NCBI GenBank assembly: GCA_038249935.1
Contig: JBBSCU010000001.1
Span: forward strand, 149 to 64,148
DNA length: 64,000 nt
Direction of reading: 5' to 3'
From: Chroococcales cyanobacterium
GTDB taxonomy: Bacteria > Cyanobacteriota > Cyanobacteriia > Cyanobacteriales > Nostocaceae
Shown here: one piece after another, positions 29,751-38,990 of the stretch
Numbering within the stretch: position 1 is the stretch's first letter
Layout of the letters: the number at the start of each line of letters is the position of its first letter
Made by a program: the position numbers and the translations under genes
The notes under the pieces: model-generated
The model's database searches: none
What the model was told of the DNA's origin: nothing
What the model saw: only the letters and a program-made list of their open reading frames with translations

Positions 29751-31003
29751 TCCTTACCAAGCTGCAAAACTTGCACCTCTTCTTGTGGGTAAATTAATGT
29801 TTTACCCACTGGTAGAACAGCTAAGGCATTGGTTTGAGCTAAATTAATTAAATTGCCGGAACTGTGACTACCACCAGCTTTGTAAAATTCATAAACACCA
29901 TCAATTAAATGCAATTTACCCCAAAGGTAAGTTTCATTCTTGCCGTCTGATCGCAATTCATCATGCGATCGCACTTTCAAAAATACTGGCTCCCAACCTT
30001 CGGTAATTCCCGAAAGTTTCTTGATTGCTGGTAGCACAAACCGCCAAAATGTCACCAACACAGCCGCAGGGTTCCCTGGTAAACCAAAATAGAGTGGAGA
30101 GACGCGATTAATCGCGTCTGTACTGGGGAAAGTAGCGACGGTGAGGGGTTTTCCGGGCTTTATCTGTACAGCGCGAATGTGGATTTTTGCTCCTAATGAG
30201 TCTAAAATTTTGTCAACATAATCATAATCTCCCACTGAGACACCACCAGAAGAGAGAACTATATCAGCGATCGCAACGGCGTGGGCAATGACTTTTTCCA
30301 GAGCAACTGGATCATCCTTAACAATACCTAAAATTAACGGTTCTGCTCCATTTTGTCTCACCAAAGCTGCGATCGCATACTGATTAGAATCCACAATTTG
30401 CCCTGGTTGCAACGGTTTGTCAATTAGTACTAACTCATCACCAGTAGAAAAAATTGCCACACGCGGACGACGATAAACACTTAATTGCTGACATTGTGCA
30501 GCTGCCAATACAGCAATTTCTGGGGCATTTAACTTAATTCCTGCTGGTAATAGTTGTGTTCCAGCTTGATAAAAAGATGCTTTGTGTCTAACAAATTCTT
30601 GCGGTTTTGGCGCATCCAGGATAAACACGCGCTTTTCCTCCCGACGTGTCTTCTCTTGCATGACTATAGTATCCGCACCGGCTGGCATCAGGGCACCTGT
30701 GAAAATTCGCGTGGCTTGCCCTGGTTGAATCGTAGACTTGGGCTGATACCCCGCCGGAATCTCTTCAACAATTTCCAAAATGGCTGGTTGTTCGCCGCTA
30801 GAGTGCTGCACATCTTCGTAGCGAACTGCGTAACCATCCATTGCTGAATTATCCCAATGGGGAAAATCTAGGGGACTGGTGACAGGTGTTGCCAAAATCC
30901 GACTATCTGCTGTCAATAAATCTACAACTTCTATATCCCGTTGATTATCCAACGGTTGTACTAAATTTAAAATAATTGCTTGTGAATCGCTGACTGATAA
31001 CAT
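29747..31003 (-). CDS. moeA: Molybdopterin molybdotransferase
   Basis: NSAMDGYAV, RIFTGA, FSTGDEL, SGGVSVGDYD, KPGKP, FGLPGNP. Confidence 0.96.
   Translation of the reverse strand: MLSVSDSQAIILNLVQPLDNQRDIEVVDLLTADSRILATPVTSPLDFPHWDNSAMDGYAVRYEDVQHSSGEQPAILEIVEEIPAGYQPKSTIQPGQATRIFTGALMPAGADTIVMQEKTRREEKRVFILDAPKPQEFVRHKASFYQAGTQLLPAGIKLNAPEIAVLAAAQCQQLSVYRRPRVAIFSTGDELVLIDKPLQPGQIVDSNQYAIAALVRQNGAEPLILGIVKDDPVALEKVIAHAVAIADIVLSSGGVSVGDYDYVDKILDSLGAKIHIRAVQIKPGKPLTVATFPSTDAINRVSPLYFGLPGNPAAVLVTFWRFVLPAIKKLSGITEGWEPVFLKVRSHDELRSDGKNETYLWGKLHLIDGVYEFYKAGGSHSSGNLINLAQTNALAVLPVGKTLIYPQEEVQVLQLGKD
30098..30123. repeat. SDR-type palindrome inserted in frame in moeA
   Basis: AGAGACGCGATTAATCGCGTCTGTAC; protein reads [15 protein letters not shown]. 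Confidence 0.9.
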
Positions 31004-31097
31004 AGCGATCGCCTCCGACTTTTTACCTTTATCTCATAAATTAACACTGATCACTCAATCAAGAGATTACATCATGTTGGAAATCATTCTCATTGAC

Positions 31098-31715
31098 TTA
31101 AGCTCTTTCCAATTCTCTCCAAGACTTAGAGAGGACTGATCCTGCTGACTTTGCAAAAATAAACGTGAGCATAAGTCCCGCTAACAAATCCGGCAAAGAT
31201 GATTTTGTTAGAAACACCAATCCAGCCGCCACAAGTACAGATGTGTTGGCGATAATGTCGTTACGAGAACAAAGCCACACAGAAGACATATTAATGTTAT
31301 CGTCCTTATGCCTTGTCAAAAGATAAAGACAGAACAAGTTGCTACAAAGGGCAAGAAATCCAACTGTACTCATGATTTGCAGGTCAGGAGTTGTGTTAAA
31401 AAACACCTGATGTGTAGCCCTGGCAAAGACCACTACCGCAGACAAAAACATAATAGCTCCTTTGAGCATGGCAGATTTTGCCTGTGATTTTGCTCCCTTA
31501 TTGATTACATAAAGACTGCTTCCATAGGCGATCGCATCCCCTAGCATATCCAGAGAATCCCCTGTTAGAGAAAGGGATTTGGACTGAATCCCAGACAGGA
31601 GTTCTACAACGAACATCACTGCGTTTACGCCCAGAACAATCCACAAAACCTTGCTCTGGCGCTTGGTCATTTTTTCAAGTTCACATGATTTCTTTTGGCA
31701 GCAATGGTCAGACAT
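31098..31715 (-). CDS. Short CDF-family cation transporter
   Basis: MSDHCC start, GDSLDMLGD, WLCSRNDII, about 6 TMs, no cytosolic C-terminal domain. Confidence 0.85.
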   Translation of the reverse strand: MSDHCCQKKSCELEKMTKRQSKVLWIVLGVNAVMFVVELLSGIQSKSLSLTGDSLDMLGDAIAYGSSLYVINKGAKSQAKSAMLKGAIMFLSAVVVFARATHQVFFNTTPDLQIMSTVGFLALCSNLFCLYLLTRHKDDNINMSSVWLCSRNDIIANTSVLVAAGLVFLTKSSLPDLLAGLMLTFIFAKSAGSVLSKSWRELERA

Positions 31716-31793
31716 TATCTAATTCCTTAGTTACTTGCTTATTCATTCCTACATTCAAAAGAATATCATAATGAACAGATAAAAAGAAAGAGA

Positions 31794-32159
31794 CTACTGA
31801 ACAATCTTTTGCAACACAAGATCCAAAATCTCACCTACGAATTGATCTCGCAGTGAGTAATAGACGAGTTTCCCATCATTCCTATACTTAAGTACCTTGA
31901 GGTCACGGAGCTTCCGTAAATGGTGTGATGCCACAGATACCTGCACACCAAGAACCTCTGCAATATCACAGACACACAATTCCTGGCGATCCTTTAAGGC
32001 ATGGAGTATCTTCAGCCGAGATTTGTCAGCAAGAGCAGTAAAGAGTGTTTTAGCTTCTTCAAAGGTTTCGTCCATCGGCATTACGTCGAGGACATGAACT
32101 ACTAACTCGTCATTAAAACAGCGCACTTGACAAATGTCATCCGGTTTTACTTTCGGCAC
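31794..32159 (-). CDS. ArsR/SmtB metal-sensing repressor (CadC-like)
   Basis: DICQVRC, FTALADKSRLKIL, ELCVCDIA, SVASHHLRKLR, GKLVYYSL; GTG start. Confidence 0.92.
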   Translation of the reverse strand: MPKVKPDDICQVRCFNDELVVHVLDVMPMDETFEEAKTLFTALADKSRLKILHALKDRQELCVCDIAEVLGVQVSVASHHLRKLRDLKVLKYRNDGKLVYYSLRDQFVGEILDLVLQKIVQ

Positions 32160-32338
32160 AAAAATTTCCTACGAATCATCTAAAAGCCAGTCTAGCAGTG
32201 ATTTAGGGTGGTTACTGTATACTTCAATGGCGATCAAAGTTATGTTTAAAGTGCAGCAAGTACCCAAGTCACCACCTTAATATTAAAAACAGGAACAATA
32301 ATTATTTCCCAACTCCTAAATAAAAATACCTACTTTGT

Positions 32339-32896
32339 ATGACAATCGAACGAGTTCCCCAAAAACACTATCCCAAGGCTGACATTGAGCGGCGAGGTAT
32401 GGCATTGGGACTTGATTTCCTTGGTGTGTGGTTAGTCAGTTCCCTACTCGGAGGCGGCGATATCGGGATTCAATTTGTGCAAATCCTAGTTTTTGTCATA
32501 TTTTGGCTAGTTTTGCGGGTACTGGTAGTATACAACAATCAAGGGCAAAGTTTAGGGCGTTGGGCGTTCGATTTAAAGGTGTTGGAAGTCGAAGATGGGC
32601 AAGTAATGGGCAGAATTCCAGATTTGCTCTCATTGGTGAAGCGAGAGGCGATCGTCGGCTTGGGTGCCCTTTTAGTGTCAATTGCCCTGAGCAATATTAG
32701 AGCCAATCCCACTGCTATACTGCTAGTACTTCCCCTAGCAATTGATTGTGCGACTGCCTTCTCTGATACCCAGATGCGGCAAGCTTTACACGATCGCTAT
32801 TGTGGAACTTTCATCGTTTCGTCGCGTCGTGGCTACTCGCTGGATATAAAAATTAAAAGATTAGTTGAAAATATACGGCGGAATGTGAGAAGATAG
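32339..32896 (+). CDS. RDD-family membrane protein
   Basis: RRGMALGLDF, GQSLGRWAFDLKV, QALHDR. Confidence 0.85.
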   Translation: MTIERVPQKHYPKADIERRGMALGLDFLGVWLVSSLLGGGDIGIQFVQILVFVIFWLVLRVLVVYNNQGQSLGRWAFDLKVLEVEDGQVMGRIPDLLSLVKREAIVGLGALLVSIALSNIRANPTAILLVLPLAIDCATAFSDTQMRQALHDRYCGTFIVSSRRGYSLDIKIKRLVENIRRNVRR

Positions 32897-32939
32897 TCGT
32901 TTGTGTTAACTCTCTTCAAGCTTTACTGTTTATAAGATT

Positions 32940-33134
32940 ATGGCTAAGAGTAAAGGTGCCCGCATAATTGTGACACTAGAGTGTACCGAGTGTCGGACAA
33001 ATTCAAACAAGCGATCTCCTGGTGTTTCACGTTATACCAGTACTAAAAATCGCCGCAACACCACTAATCGATTAGAACTGAAAAAGTTCTGCACCCACTG
33101 TAATAAACATACCGTTCACAAGGAAATTAAGTAG
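32940..33134 (+). CDS. rpmG: 50S ribosomal protein L33
   Basis: [34 protein letters not shown]. Confidence 0.98.
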   Translation: MAKSKGARIIVTLECTECRTNSNKRSPGVSRYTSTKNRRNTTNRLELKKFCTHCNKHTVHKEIK

Positions 33135-33136
33135 AG

Positions 33137-33352
33137 ATGAGTTATTTCCGTCGTCGCCTTTCTCCAATTAAGCCAGGAGATCCAATCGATTATAAAGATG
33201 TCGATTTGTTACGTAAGTTTGTTACCGAGCGGGGCAAGATACTGCCACGTCGGATTACTGGGCTTACGTCTCAGCAACAGCGAGAGTTGACATTAGCAAT
33301 TAAACGTTCGCGGATTGTGGCTTTATTGCCATTTATCAATGCAGAAGGCTAA
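33137..33352 (+). CDS. rpsR: 30S ribosomal protein S18
   Basis: [26 protein letters not shown]. Confidence 0.98.
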   Translation: MSYFRRRLSPIKPGDPIDYKDVDLLRKFVTERGKILPRRITGLTSQQQRELTLAIKRSRIVALLPFINAEG

Positions 33353-33371
33353 AAAGAGTGATGAGTTATGA

Positions 33372-33399
33372 GTAGAGACGCGATTAATCGCGTCTGTAC
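33372..33399. repeat. SDR-type palindrome (intergenic)
   Basis: GTAGAGACGCGATTAATCGCGTCTGTAC. Confidence 0.9.
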
Positions 33400-33475
33400 A
33401 GGAGTTAAAAATCAAAACTCCTAACTCCTAACTTCAAACTATTTAAACTGTTCACCAAATTAAAGTGCGAGAGTT

Positions 33476-35536
33476 GTGGAGAAGGGGACGCTAGTTGAAT
33501 TTAGGGTTCAAGGCGATCGCCGTCTGGGCATCGTAGAACGTCCAGATGGTAAAACCCGCTGGTTTGTGGTAGACGAACGTGGTCAATCCCACAGCCTCGC
33601 GCCTAAACAAATAAGCTATACAGTTACCGGACAGACTTACAAAACCTCTGAGATTACCAACTTTTTAGAGCAGGTCAAGCCTTATTTAGATCCATCTAGC
33701 TTGGAAGTAGCTTGGGAATTGCTGATTGAAGATGGGGAAACAGTTACCCCAGACCAAATGGCGAATCTGCTATTTTCGGAATTAGCCGCGCCTTATTGTT
33801 ACGCCGCCTATTGCTTGTTATCAGACGACAAACTTTATTTCAAGCAAAAAGGAGACGCTTACGAGCCGCGGACTGCTGCTCAAGTTGCAGAACGCCAGCA
33901 CCAGATGGAAGTAGAGGCACAAAAAGCCAAGGGACAGCAGGAATTTTTAACTCGCCTAGAGCAAGCGCTCAAAGGTGAAGCAGTAGAGTGGGGGCGGCAC
34001 GATCGCCAGCGCATAGAAGGATTAGAAAAATACGCCGCGCTGCTTGCTGACACCGTGCGGACGGGGGTCAATCATGACTCTTTGGCTCGTGCTTATCCTC
34101 CCCCAGCTTCAGTTTTAGAAACTATGACCATGCTGGGACGACCCACAACACCCCAAGGAGCCTTTCAACTGTTGGTGGATTTGGGTTGCTGGAGTCCTTA
34201 TGAAAACTTGTTCCTGCGTCGTTCTTCAATTCCGATTCAGTTTCCTAATAAGGTATTAGAAGTGGCGCAACAGCGTTTGGATTTCCCGCCGATTGACTCA
34301 GATACAAACCGCCTAGATCTGATTCACTTGAAGGTGTACACCATTGATGATGAAACTACTACAGAGATCGACGATGGTCTGAGTTGGGAAGTACTGCCCA
34401 ATGGACGGGAACGCCTATGGGTGCATATCGCCGATCCCACTAGATGGTTAGTCCCGGAAGATGATTTAGATTTGGAAGCTAGAAAGCGGGGTAGTACAGT
34501 CTATCTACCTACGGGGATGATTCCCATGTTCCCAGAGGTATTGGCAACTGGGCCAATGAGTCTGATCCAGGGACGAGTTTGTTGCGCCCTCAGTTTCGGG
34601 ATTGTTTTAGATACAACTGGGGCAGTGGAAGATTATAGCATTCATACCAGCTTAATTAAGCCGACTTATCGCCTCACCTACGAAGATGTAGATGAAATGC
34701 TGCAATTAAGGGTACAAGCAGAACCGGAAATTGAAGCGATCGCTACTTGGGCACGGCGGCGCAGAGCCTGGCGTTACGCCCAAGGAGCAATTAGCATCAC
34801 TATGCCCGAAGCGACGATCAAAGTTAAAGGTGACGAGATCAACATTGACATTTTGGACGATTCCCCGTCGCGCCAAGTGGTAGCAGAAATGATGATTCTT
34901 GCCGGTGAAGTTGCGGCTCGTTATGGTAAAGCTCACAACATACCTTTGCCTTTTCGTGGTCAACCGCAACCAGAATTACCTCCAGATGAGGAATTGCTCC
35001 TACTTCCGGCTGGATTCGTTCGCGCTTGCGCCATGCGTCGTTGTATGCCCAAGAGTGAAATGAGCATTACGCCTTTACGTCATGCTGGTTTGGGTTTGGA
35101 TACCTATACCCAAGCAACCTCTCCCATCCGCCGCTACAGTGACTTGCTTACCCACTTTCAACTTAAAGCCCATTTGCGGGGTGAAGTTCTGCCATTTTCC
35201 GCAGAACAACTTAAAGAAGTGATGATAAATGTTACCAGCATCACCCAAGAGGTGACGATGGTGGAACGGCAAACTAATAGATATTATGCTCTAGAGTATT
35301 TACGCCGTCATCCAGAGGAAACTTGGGATGTGACAGTGTTGATGTGGCTGCGAGAAGACAGCAACTTGGCACTAATTTTGTTAGAAGATTTGGGCTTGCA
35401 ATTACCAATGGTTTTCAAGCGTTCTGTGAACTTGGGCGAAGAGATATTGGTGAAAGTTAGTCATGCCGATCCCCAAAAAGATATGATTCAGTTTCAAGAA
35501 ATAATTTATCAAGAAGCCCAAATAGCAGCGAATTAA
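33476..35536 (+). CDS. rnb: Ribonuclease II/R (RNB domain)
   Basis: TIDDETTTEIDDG, VHIADP, HAGLGL..YTQATSPIRRYSDL. Confidence 0.93.
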   Translation: MEKGTLVEFRVQGDRRLGIVERPDGKTRWFVVDERGQSHSLAPKQISYTVTGQTYKTSEITNFLEQVKPYLDPSSLEVAWELLIEDGETVTPDQMANLLFSELAAPYCYAAYCLLSDDKLYFKQKGDAYEPRTAAQVAERQHQMEVEAQKAKGQQEFLTRLEQALKGEAVEWGRHDRQRIEGLEKYAALLADTVRTGVNHDSLARAYPPPASVLETMTMLGRPTTPQGAFQLLVDLGCWSPYENLFLRRSSIPIQFPNKVLEVAQQRLDFPPIDSDTNRLDLIHLKVYTIDDETTTEIDDGLSWEVLPNGRERLWVHIADPTRWLVPEDDLDLEARKRGSTVYLPTGMIPMFPEVLATGPMSLIQGRVCCALSFGIVLDTTGAVEDYSIHTSLIKPTYRLTYEDVDEMLQLRVQAEPEIEAIATWARRRRAWRYAQGAISITMPEATIKVKGDEINIDILDDSPSRQVVAEMMILAGEVAARYGKAHNIPLPFRGQPQPELPPDEELLLLPAGFVRACAMRRCMPKSEMSITPLRHAGLGLDTYTQATSPIRRYSDLLTHFQLKAHLRGEVLPFSAEQLKEVMINVTSITQEVTMVERQTNRYYALEYLRRHPEETWDVTVLMWLREDSNLALILLEDLGLQLPMVFKRSVNLGEEILVKVSHADPQKDMIQFQEIIYQEAQIAAN

Positions 35537-35545
35537 CCACACTCA

Positions 35546-35576
35546 GTGCTGAGTGCTGAGTGCTGAGTGCTGAGTG
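35546..35576 (+). repeat. Heptamer STRR (GTGCTGA)4
   Basis: Read directly. Confidence 0.9.
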
Positions 35577-35612
35577 AATTAAAAACTACTCAATACATAA
35601 ATATACTTGGTA

Positions 35613-35718
35613 TATAGCGGTTCCCATTCAGATGCGGTACAACGTTATATCCCAAGGTGTAGGGGCACGGCACGCCGTGCCCCTACGGATGTACCTCACG
35701 TAAACGAGAACTGCTATA
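35613..35718. mobile_element. MITE-like element with TATAGC(G/A)GTT ends and a GTAGGGGCACGGC..GCCGTGCCCCTAC core
   Basis: Left TATAGCGGTTCCCATT; right end reverse complement TATAGCAGTTCTCGTT; core palindrome 35659-35686. Confidence 0.68.
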
Positions 35719-35817
35719 TGCCCCGCCTTTTGTGGGCAGTTTTTTAACTCAGCACTTTTCATCTTGCTCTAACTCGTTTCGGTTAGCATATAGAGTAAAT
35801 GGAATCAGGTAATAGTT

Positions 35818-36102
35818 ATGAATATATCTTTGACTCCAGAACTTGAGCAGTTGGTTAAGGATAAGGTTAATAGTGGTCGATATCACTCAGTTAGTGAGGT
35901 GATGGGTGAAGCATTGAGATTGCTAGATGAACGCGATCGCATTCGGGAGCAACGCCTAGCAGAATTAAAAGCTAAAATCCAAGTTGGTATTGAAGCTTTA
36001 GACCGAGGTGAAGTAGTCGATGGTGAAGAGGTGTTTGCAGAAATTGAAGAAGATATCCGACGTGCTGAAGCTCAAATGCGACAAGCAGAGGCTACTAAAT
36101 AA
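35818..36102 (+). CDS. ParD-family type II antitoxin
   Basis: MNISLTPELEQLV..SGRYHSVSEVMGEALRLL. Confidence 0.9.
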   Translation: MNISLTPELEQLVKDKVNSGRYHSVSEVMGEALRLLDERDRIREQRLAELKAKIQVGIEALDRGEVVDGEEVFAEIEEDIRRAEAQMRQAEATK

Positions 36103-36407
36103 TGAGTCGGTATGTTTTAACAATTCCAGCCAAGCAAGACCTCAAGGAGATTAATCGTTATGTTAACCGCTTTAATCCTGGTACGGCTCAAAGACTCAAT
36201 GAAAAAATTAGACGGCAGTGTAAACTGTTAGCTGATTTTCCTAATATGGGGCAAAGTTCCGATAATTTTGGTAACGGTTTACGGAGTTTCCCGTTAGAAG
36301 ATTACTTGATATTTTATCGTCCCATTGATGGCGGTGTGGCAATTGTGCGTGTTATCAGTGGTTATCGGGATTTAGAGATAGTTTTCTCAAATGAGGATAT
36401 TCTTTAA
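36102..36407 (+). CDS. ParE/RelE-family toxin
   Basis: AKQDLKEI..LADFPNMG..LRSFP..YLIFYR..IVRVISGYRD; TAATG coupling with the antitoxin. Confidence 0.9.
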   Translation: MSRYVLTIPAKQDLKEINRYVNRFNPGTAQRLNEKIRRQCKLLADFPNMGQSSDNFGNGLRSFPLEDYLIFYRPIDGGVAIVRVISGYRDLEIVFSNEDIL

Positions 36408-36476
36408 AATTGTATTTGATGTAAGCGATCGCTTTCTCTAGCAAATCTTACATATCAAACCGTTTTTTATAACCTA

Positions 36477-37199
36477 ATGTCTAAAAAGTCCGATTCACAG
36501 TTACAAAATCTCTTTTCTTCACAAAAATCGACCAATTGGGACGAAAGATTAGCCCAAATAGCCTATCGCTTTAACCGAGAATATCAAGGCGAAACCTTTG
36601 AACTCCCAACAGAAGTACAGGCGATGCCGATATTCCGCGAGTGGATTGCTGGGAGTTTCTCAGGAAGAATTGCTTCACCTTTTTGGGAAATTGCTCAACC
36701 TCAAAAAAACCAGCACTGTATAGATATTGGCTGTGGGATCAGCTTTTTAATTTATCCTTGGCGGGATTGGCAAGCATTTTTTCATGGGCAAGAAATCAGT
36801 AATGTGGCACGGGATACTCTTAATTCCCGTGGGCCGCAATTGAATTCCAAGCTATTCAAAGGTGTGCAGTTAGGAGCAGCTGATCAGTTAAGCTATTCAT
36901 CAGAGCAGTTTGACCTGGCGATCGCAACGGGATTTAGTTGTTATTTTCCCCTTGAATATTGGAATGCTGTACTGATAGAAGTCAAGCGGGTGTTGAAACC
37001 AGGTGGACATTTTGTATTTGACATCCTTAATCCAGAACAGCCTTTAGCGGAAGATTGGGCTGTTTTAGAAACCTATTTGGGTGCTGAGGTGTTTCTAGAG
37101 CCTTTAGCTGAGTGGGAAAAAACAATTAAAGCGACTGGTGCTAAAGTAATAGCGCAGAAATCAGGGGAATTATTTCAGTTATATAAAGTGCGGTTTTGA
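36477..37199 (+). CDS. Class I SAM-dependent methyltransferase
   Basis: CIDIGCG, FDLAIA, RVLKPGGHFVF. Confidence 0.88.
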   Translation: MSKKSDSQLQNLFSSQKSTNWDERLAQIAYRFNREYQGETFELPTEVQAMPIFREWIAGSFSGRIASPFWEIAQPQKNQHCIDIGCGISFLIYPWRDWQAFFHGQEISNVARDTLNSRGPQLNSKLFKGVQLGAADQLSYSSEQFDLAIATGFSCYFPLEYWNAVLIEVKRVLKPGGHFVFDILNPEQPLAEDWAVLETYLGAEVFLEPLAEWEKTIKATGAKVIAQKSGELFQLYKVRF

Positions 37200-37292
37200 A
37201 AATATTTGGATGGCATAACATATAATTTCCCACAAAATATCATACTAAGGAACGCAAATTTAATAACGTGCAATTCTTATTTAACTTGGAAT

Positions 37293-37322
37293 GGTGCGTT
37301 ACGCTCCGCTAACACACCCTAC
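37293..37322. repeat. SDR-type palindromic element
   Basis: GGTGCGTTACGCTCCGCTAACACACCCTAC. Confidence 0.6.
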
Positions 37323-37428
37323 TTTTGCACTTTATTTAATCCACATTCCTAAATCAGTAATTTCAATATCAATAGACACAATTCTGACTGATTTCCAGTT
37401 AATTTGTTTATTTGCCCCCTTATCAGCC

Positions 37429-38745
37429 ATGACACCCCCTGAGCCAAAAACTGATTTTGAAGATAATCTTCCCCAAACCTCATTTGAACCACCTCCTAGA
37501 CAAAGGCGATCGCGTTGGTTATTTTTAGCAGCCCTACTATTGTTAGGGGGTGGAGCAACTATAGTTTGGCGTTTGTTCGCTCCCCAAAATTCAGCACCTT
37601 CAACTGCTAACACTCAACCTCAAGGGGTAAGAGTTAAAATATCGACGGTACAAAGCGGCATAATTGAGGAAAGTTCAGATTTTATTGCTAACCTAAAATC
37701 CCAGCGATCGCTCACACTTCAGCCCAAGATTCCAGGTCAAGTTACCCAGATATTTGTTAAATCGGGAGATCCAGTTGCAGAAGGAGCAGCAATTATCCAA
37801 GTAGACGCAAAAGTGCAACCAGGAGCGATCGCTAACAATACTGCACCTCAAGTATTTTTAATGCAATTGCAAAATACCCGCGCTACACTCAAATCTCTGG
37901 AAGCAGAACGACCATCCTACGTTGCTAATGTGCAGTTATACCAGCAGGACTACGAAAGGTATTCCGCTTTAGCTGAGGAAGGAGCCGTGTCTCGACAGGC
38001 TAGAAATCAGGTTGCTAATCGGCTCGCCACTGTTAAAACTAATCTTGATGCCATTGATAAGAGGATTCAAGCCCAACGAGCCTCTATATTGCAAGCGGAA
38101 AAAACCTTGCAGCAAACTAATCTAAACATTCAAAACCAACAAATCCAGAACCAGGACGATAAAATTACTGCTCCCTTTAGTGGCACAATTGGCGACATCC
38201 CGGTGAAAGTCGGTGACTTGGTTAATACTTCCACACAATTAGTAACGATCGCCCAAAATCAACCTTTAGAAGTTAACATCTTTGTACCATTACAGCGATC
38301 GCCACAATTGCGTAAGGGAATGCTAGTGGAGGTTTTGAACGCCCAAGGTCAGAAGTTGGGTAGAAGTAGAGTATTTTTTATTGCACCTAATAGCAGTAAT
38401 AAAACACCAGGAATATTGATCAAAGCCCTCTTTAACAATCCTAAAGGTCAGCTACGTGCAGATGAATTGGTAAGGGCGAGAGTGATCTGGAATCAGCGCC
38501 CCGGAGTCTTAATTCCGACAACATCGGTGACTCGTGTAGCTGGAGAAACTTTTGTTTATGTAGTTGAAACAGAAAAATCTCCCCAAGGTATATCTCAACA
38601 AGTAGCTCGGCAAAAACAAGTCAAGCTAGGCGAAAGTAGAGGTAATAATTACCAAGTTATCGAAGGATTACAGCCAAAAGATAAAATTGTGATCTCAGGG
38701 TTGCTCAATCTGAGGGATGGTGTGGCGATCGTTTCAGAATCTTAG
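37429..38745 (+). CDS. RND efflux periplasmic adaptor (MFP)
   Basis: N-terminal TM, LQPKIPGQV..VKSGD, ITAPFSGTIG..VKVGD, GLQPKDKIV; start moved to ATG 37429. Confidence 0.93.
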   Translation: MTPPEPKTDFEDNLPQTSFEPPPRQRRSRWLFLAALLLLGGGATIVWRLFAPQNSAPSTANTQPQGVRVKISTVQSGIIEESSDFIANLKSQRSLTLQPKIPGQVTQIFVKSGDPVAEGAAIIQVDAKVQPGAIANNTAPQVFLMQLQNTRATLKSLEAERPSYVANVQLYQQDYERYSALAEEGAVSRQARNQVANRLATVKTNLDAIDKRIQAQRASILQAEKTLQQTNLNIQNQQIQNQDDKITAPFSGTIGDIPVKVGDLVNTSTQLVTIAQNQPLEVNIFVPLQRSPQLRKGMLVEVLNAQGQKLGRSRVFFIAPNSSNKTPGILIKALFNNPKGQLRADELVRARVIWNQRPGVLIPTTSVTRVAGETFVYVVETEKSPQGISQQVARQKQVKLGESRGNNYQVIEGLQPKDKIVISGLLNLRDGVAIVSES

Positions 38746-38751
38746 AAATAA

Positions 38752-38828
38752 AGACGCAATAAATCGCCGTCTTTACAATAATCAGTCCTTTGTAGAGACG
38801 GCGATTTATCGCGTCTCCTGCCTTAACC
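38752..38828. mobile_element. Truncated MITE-like remnant: inverted AGACGC(A/G)ATAAATCGCCGTCT pair plus a partial TIR
   Basis: Two inverted SDR-like copies ending in CTTAACC, the inner part of the TIR CTTAACCGAACCGTATTG seen at 42388-42405. Confidence 0.55.
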
Positions 38829-38829
38829 A

Positions 38830-38884
38830 AAGTTCCGAGTTCCAAGCCTGAAGTTCCGAGTTCCAAGCCTGAAGTTCCGAGTTC
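38830..38884 (+). repeat. 21-bp tandem array, 2.6 copies
   Basis: AAGTTCCGAGTTCCAAGCCTG. Confidence 0.9.
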
Positions 38885-38907
38885 TCATATTGACAGTGTT
38901 AAACCTA

Positions 38908-38962
38908 AGAGGATGTCTTAAAAGTATTTGCTACCAAGAAGAGGACTTTTCAAACATCCTCT
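38908..38962. mobile_element. 55-bp element bounded by 18-bp inverted repeats AGAGGATGT(C/T)T(T/G)AAAAGT
   Basis: 16/18 match; lone ends of the same family at 9260-9277, 50789-50804 and 59068-59085. Confidence 0.6.
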
Positions 38963-38990
38963 AAGACCCAATCCCCAATCCCCAATCCCC

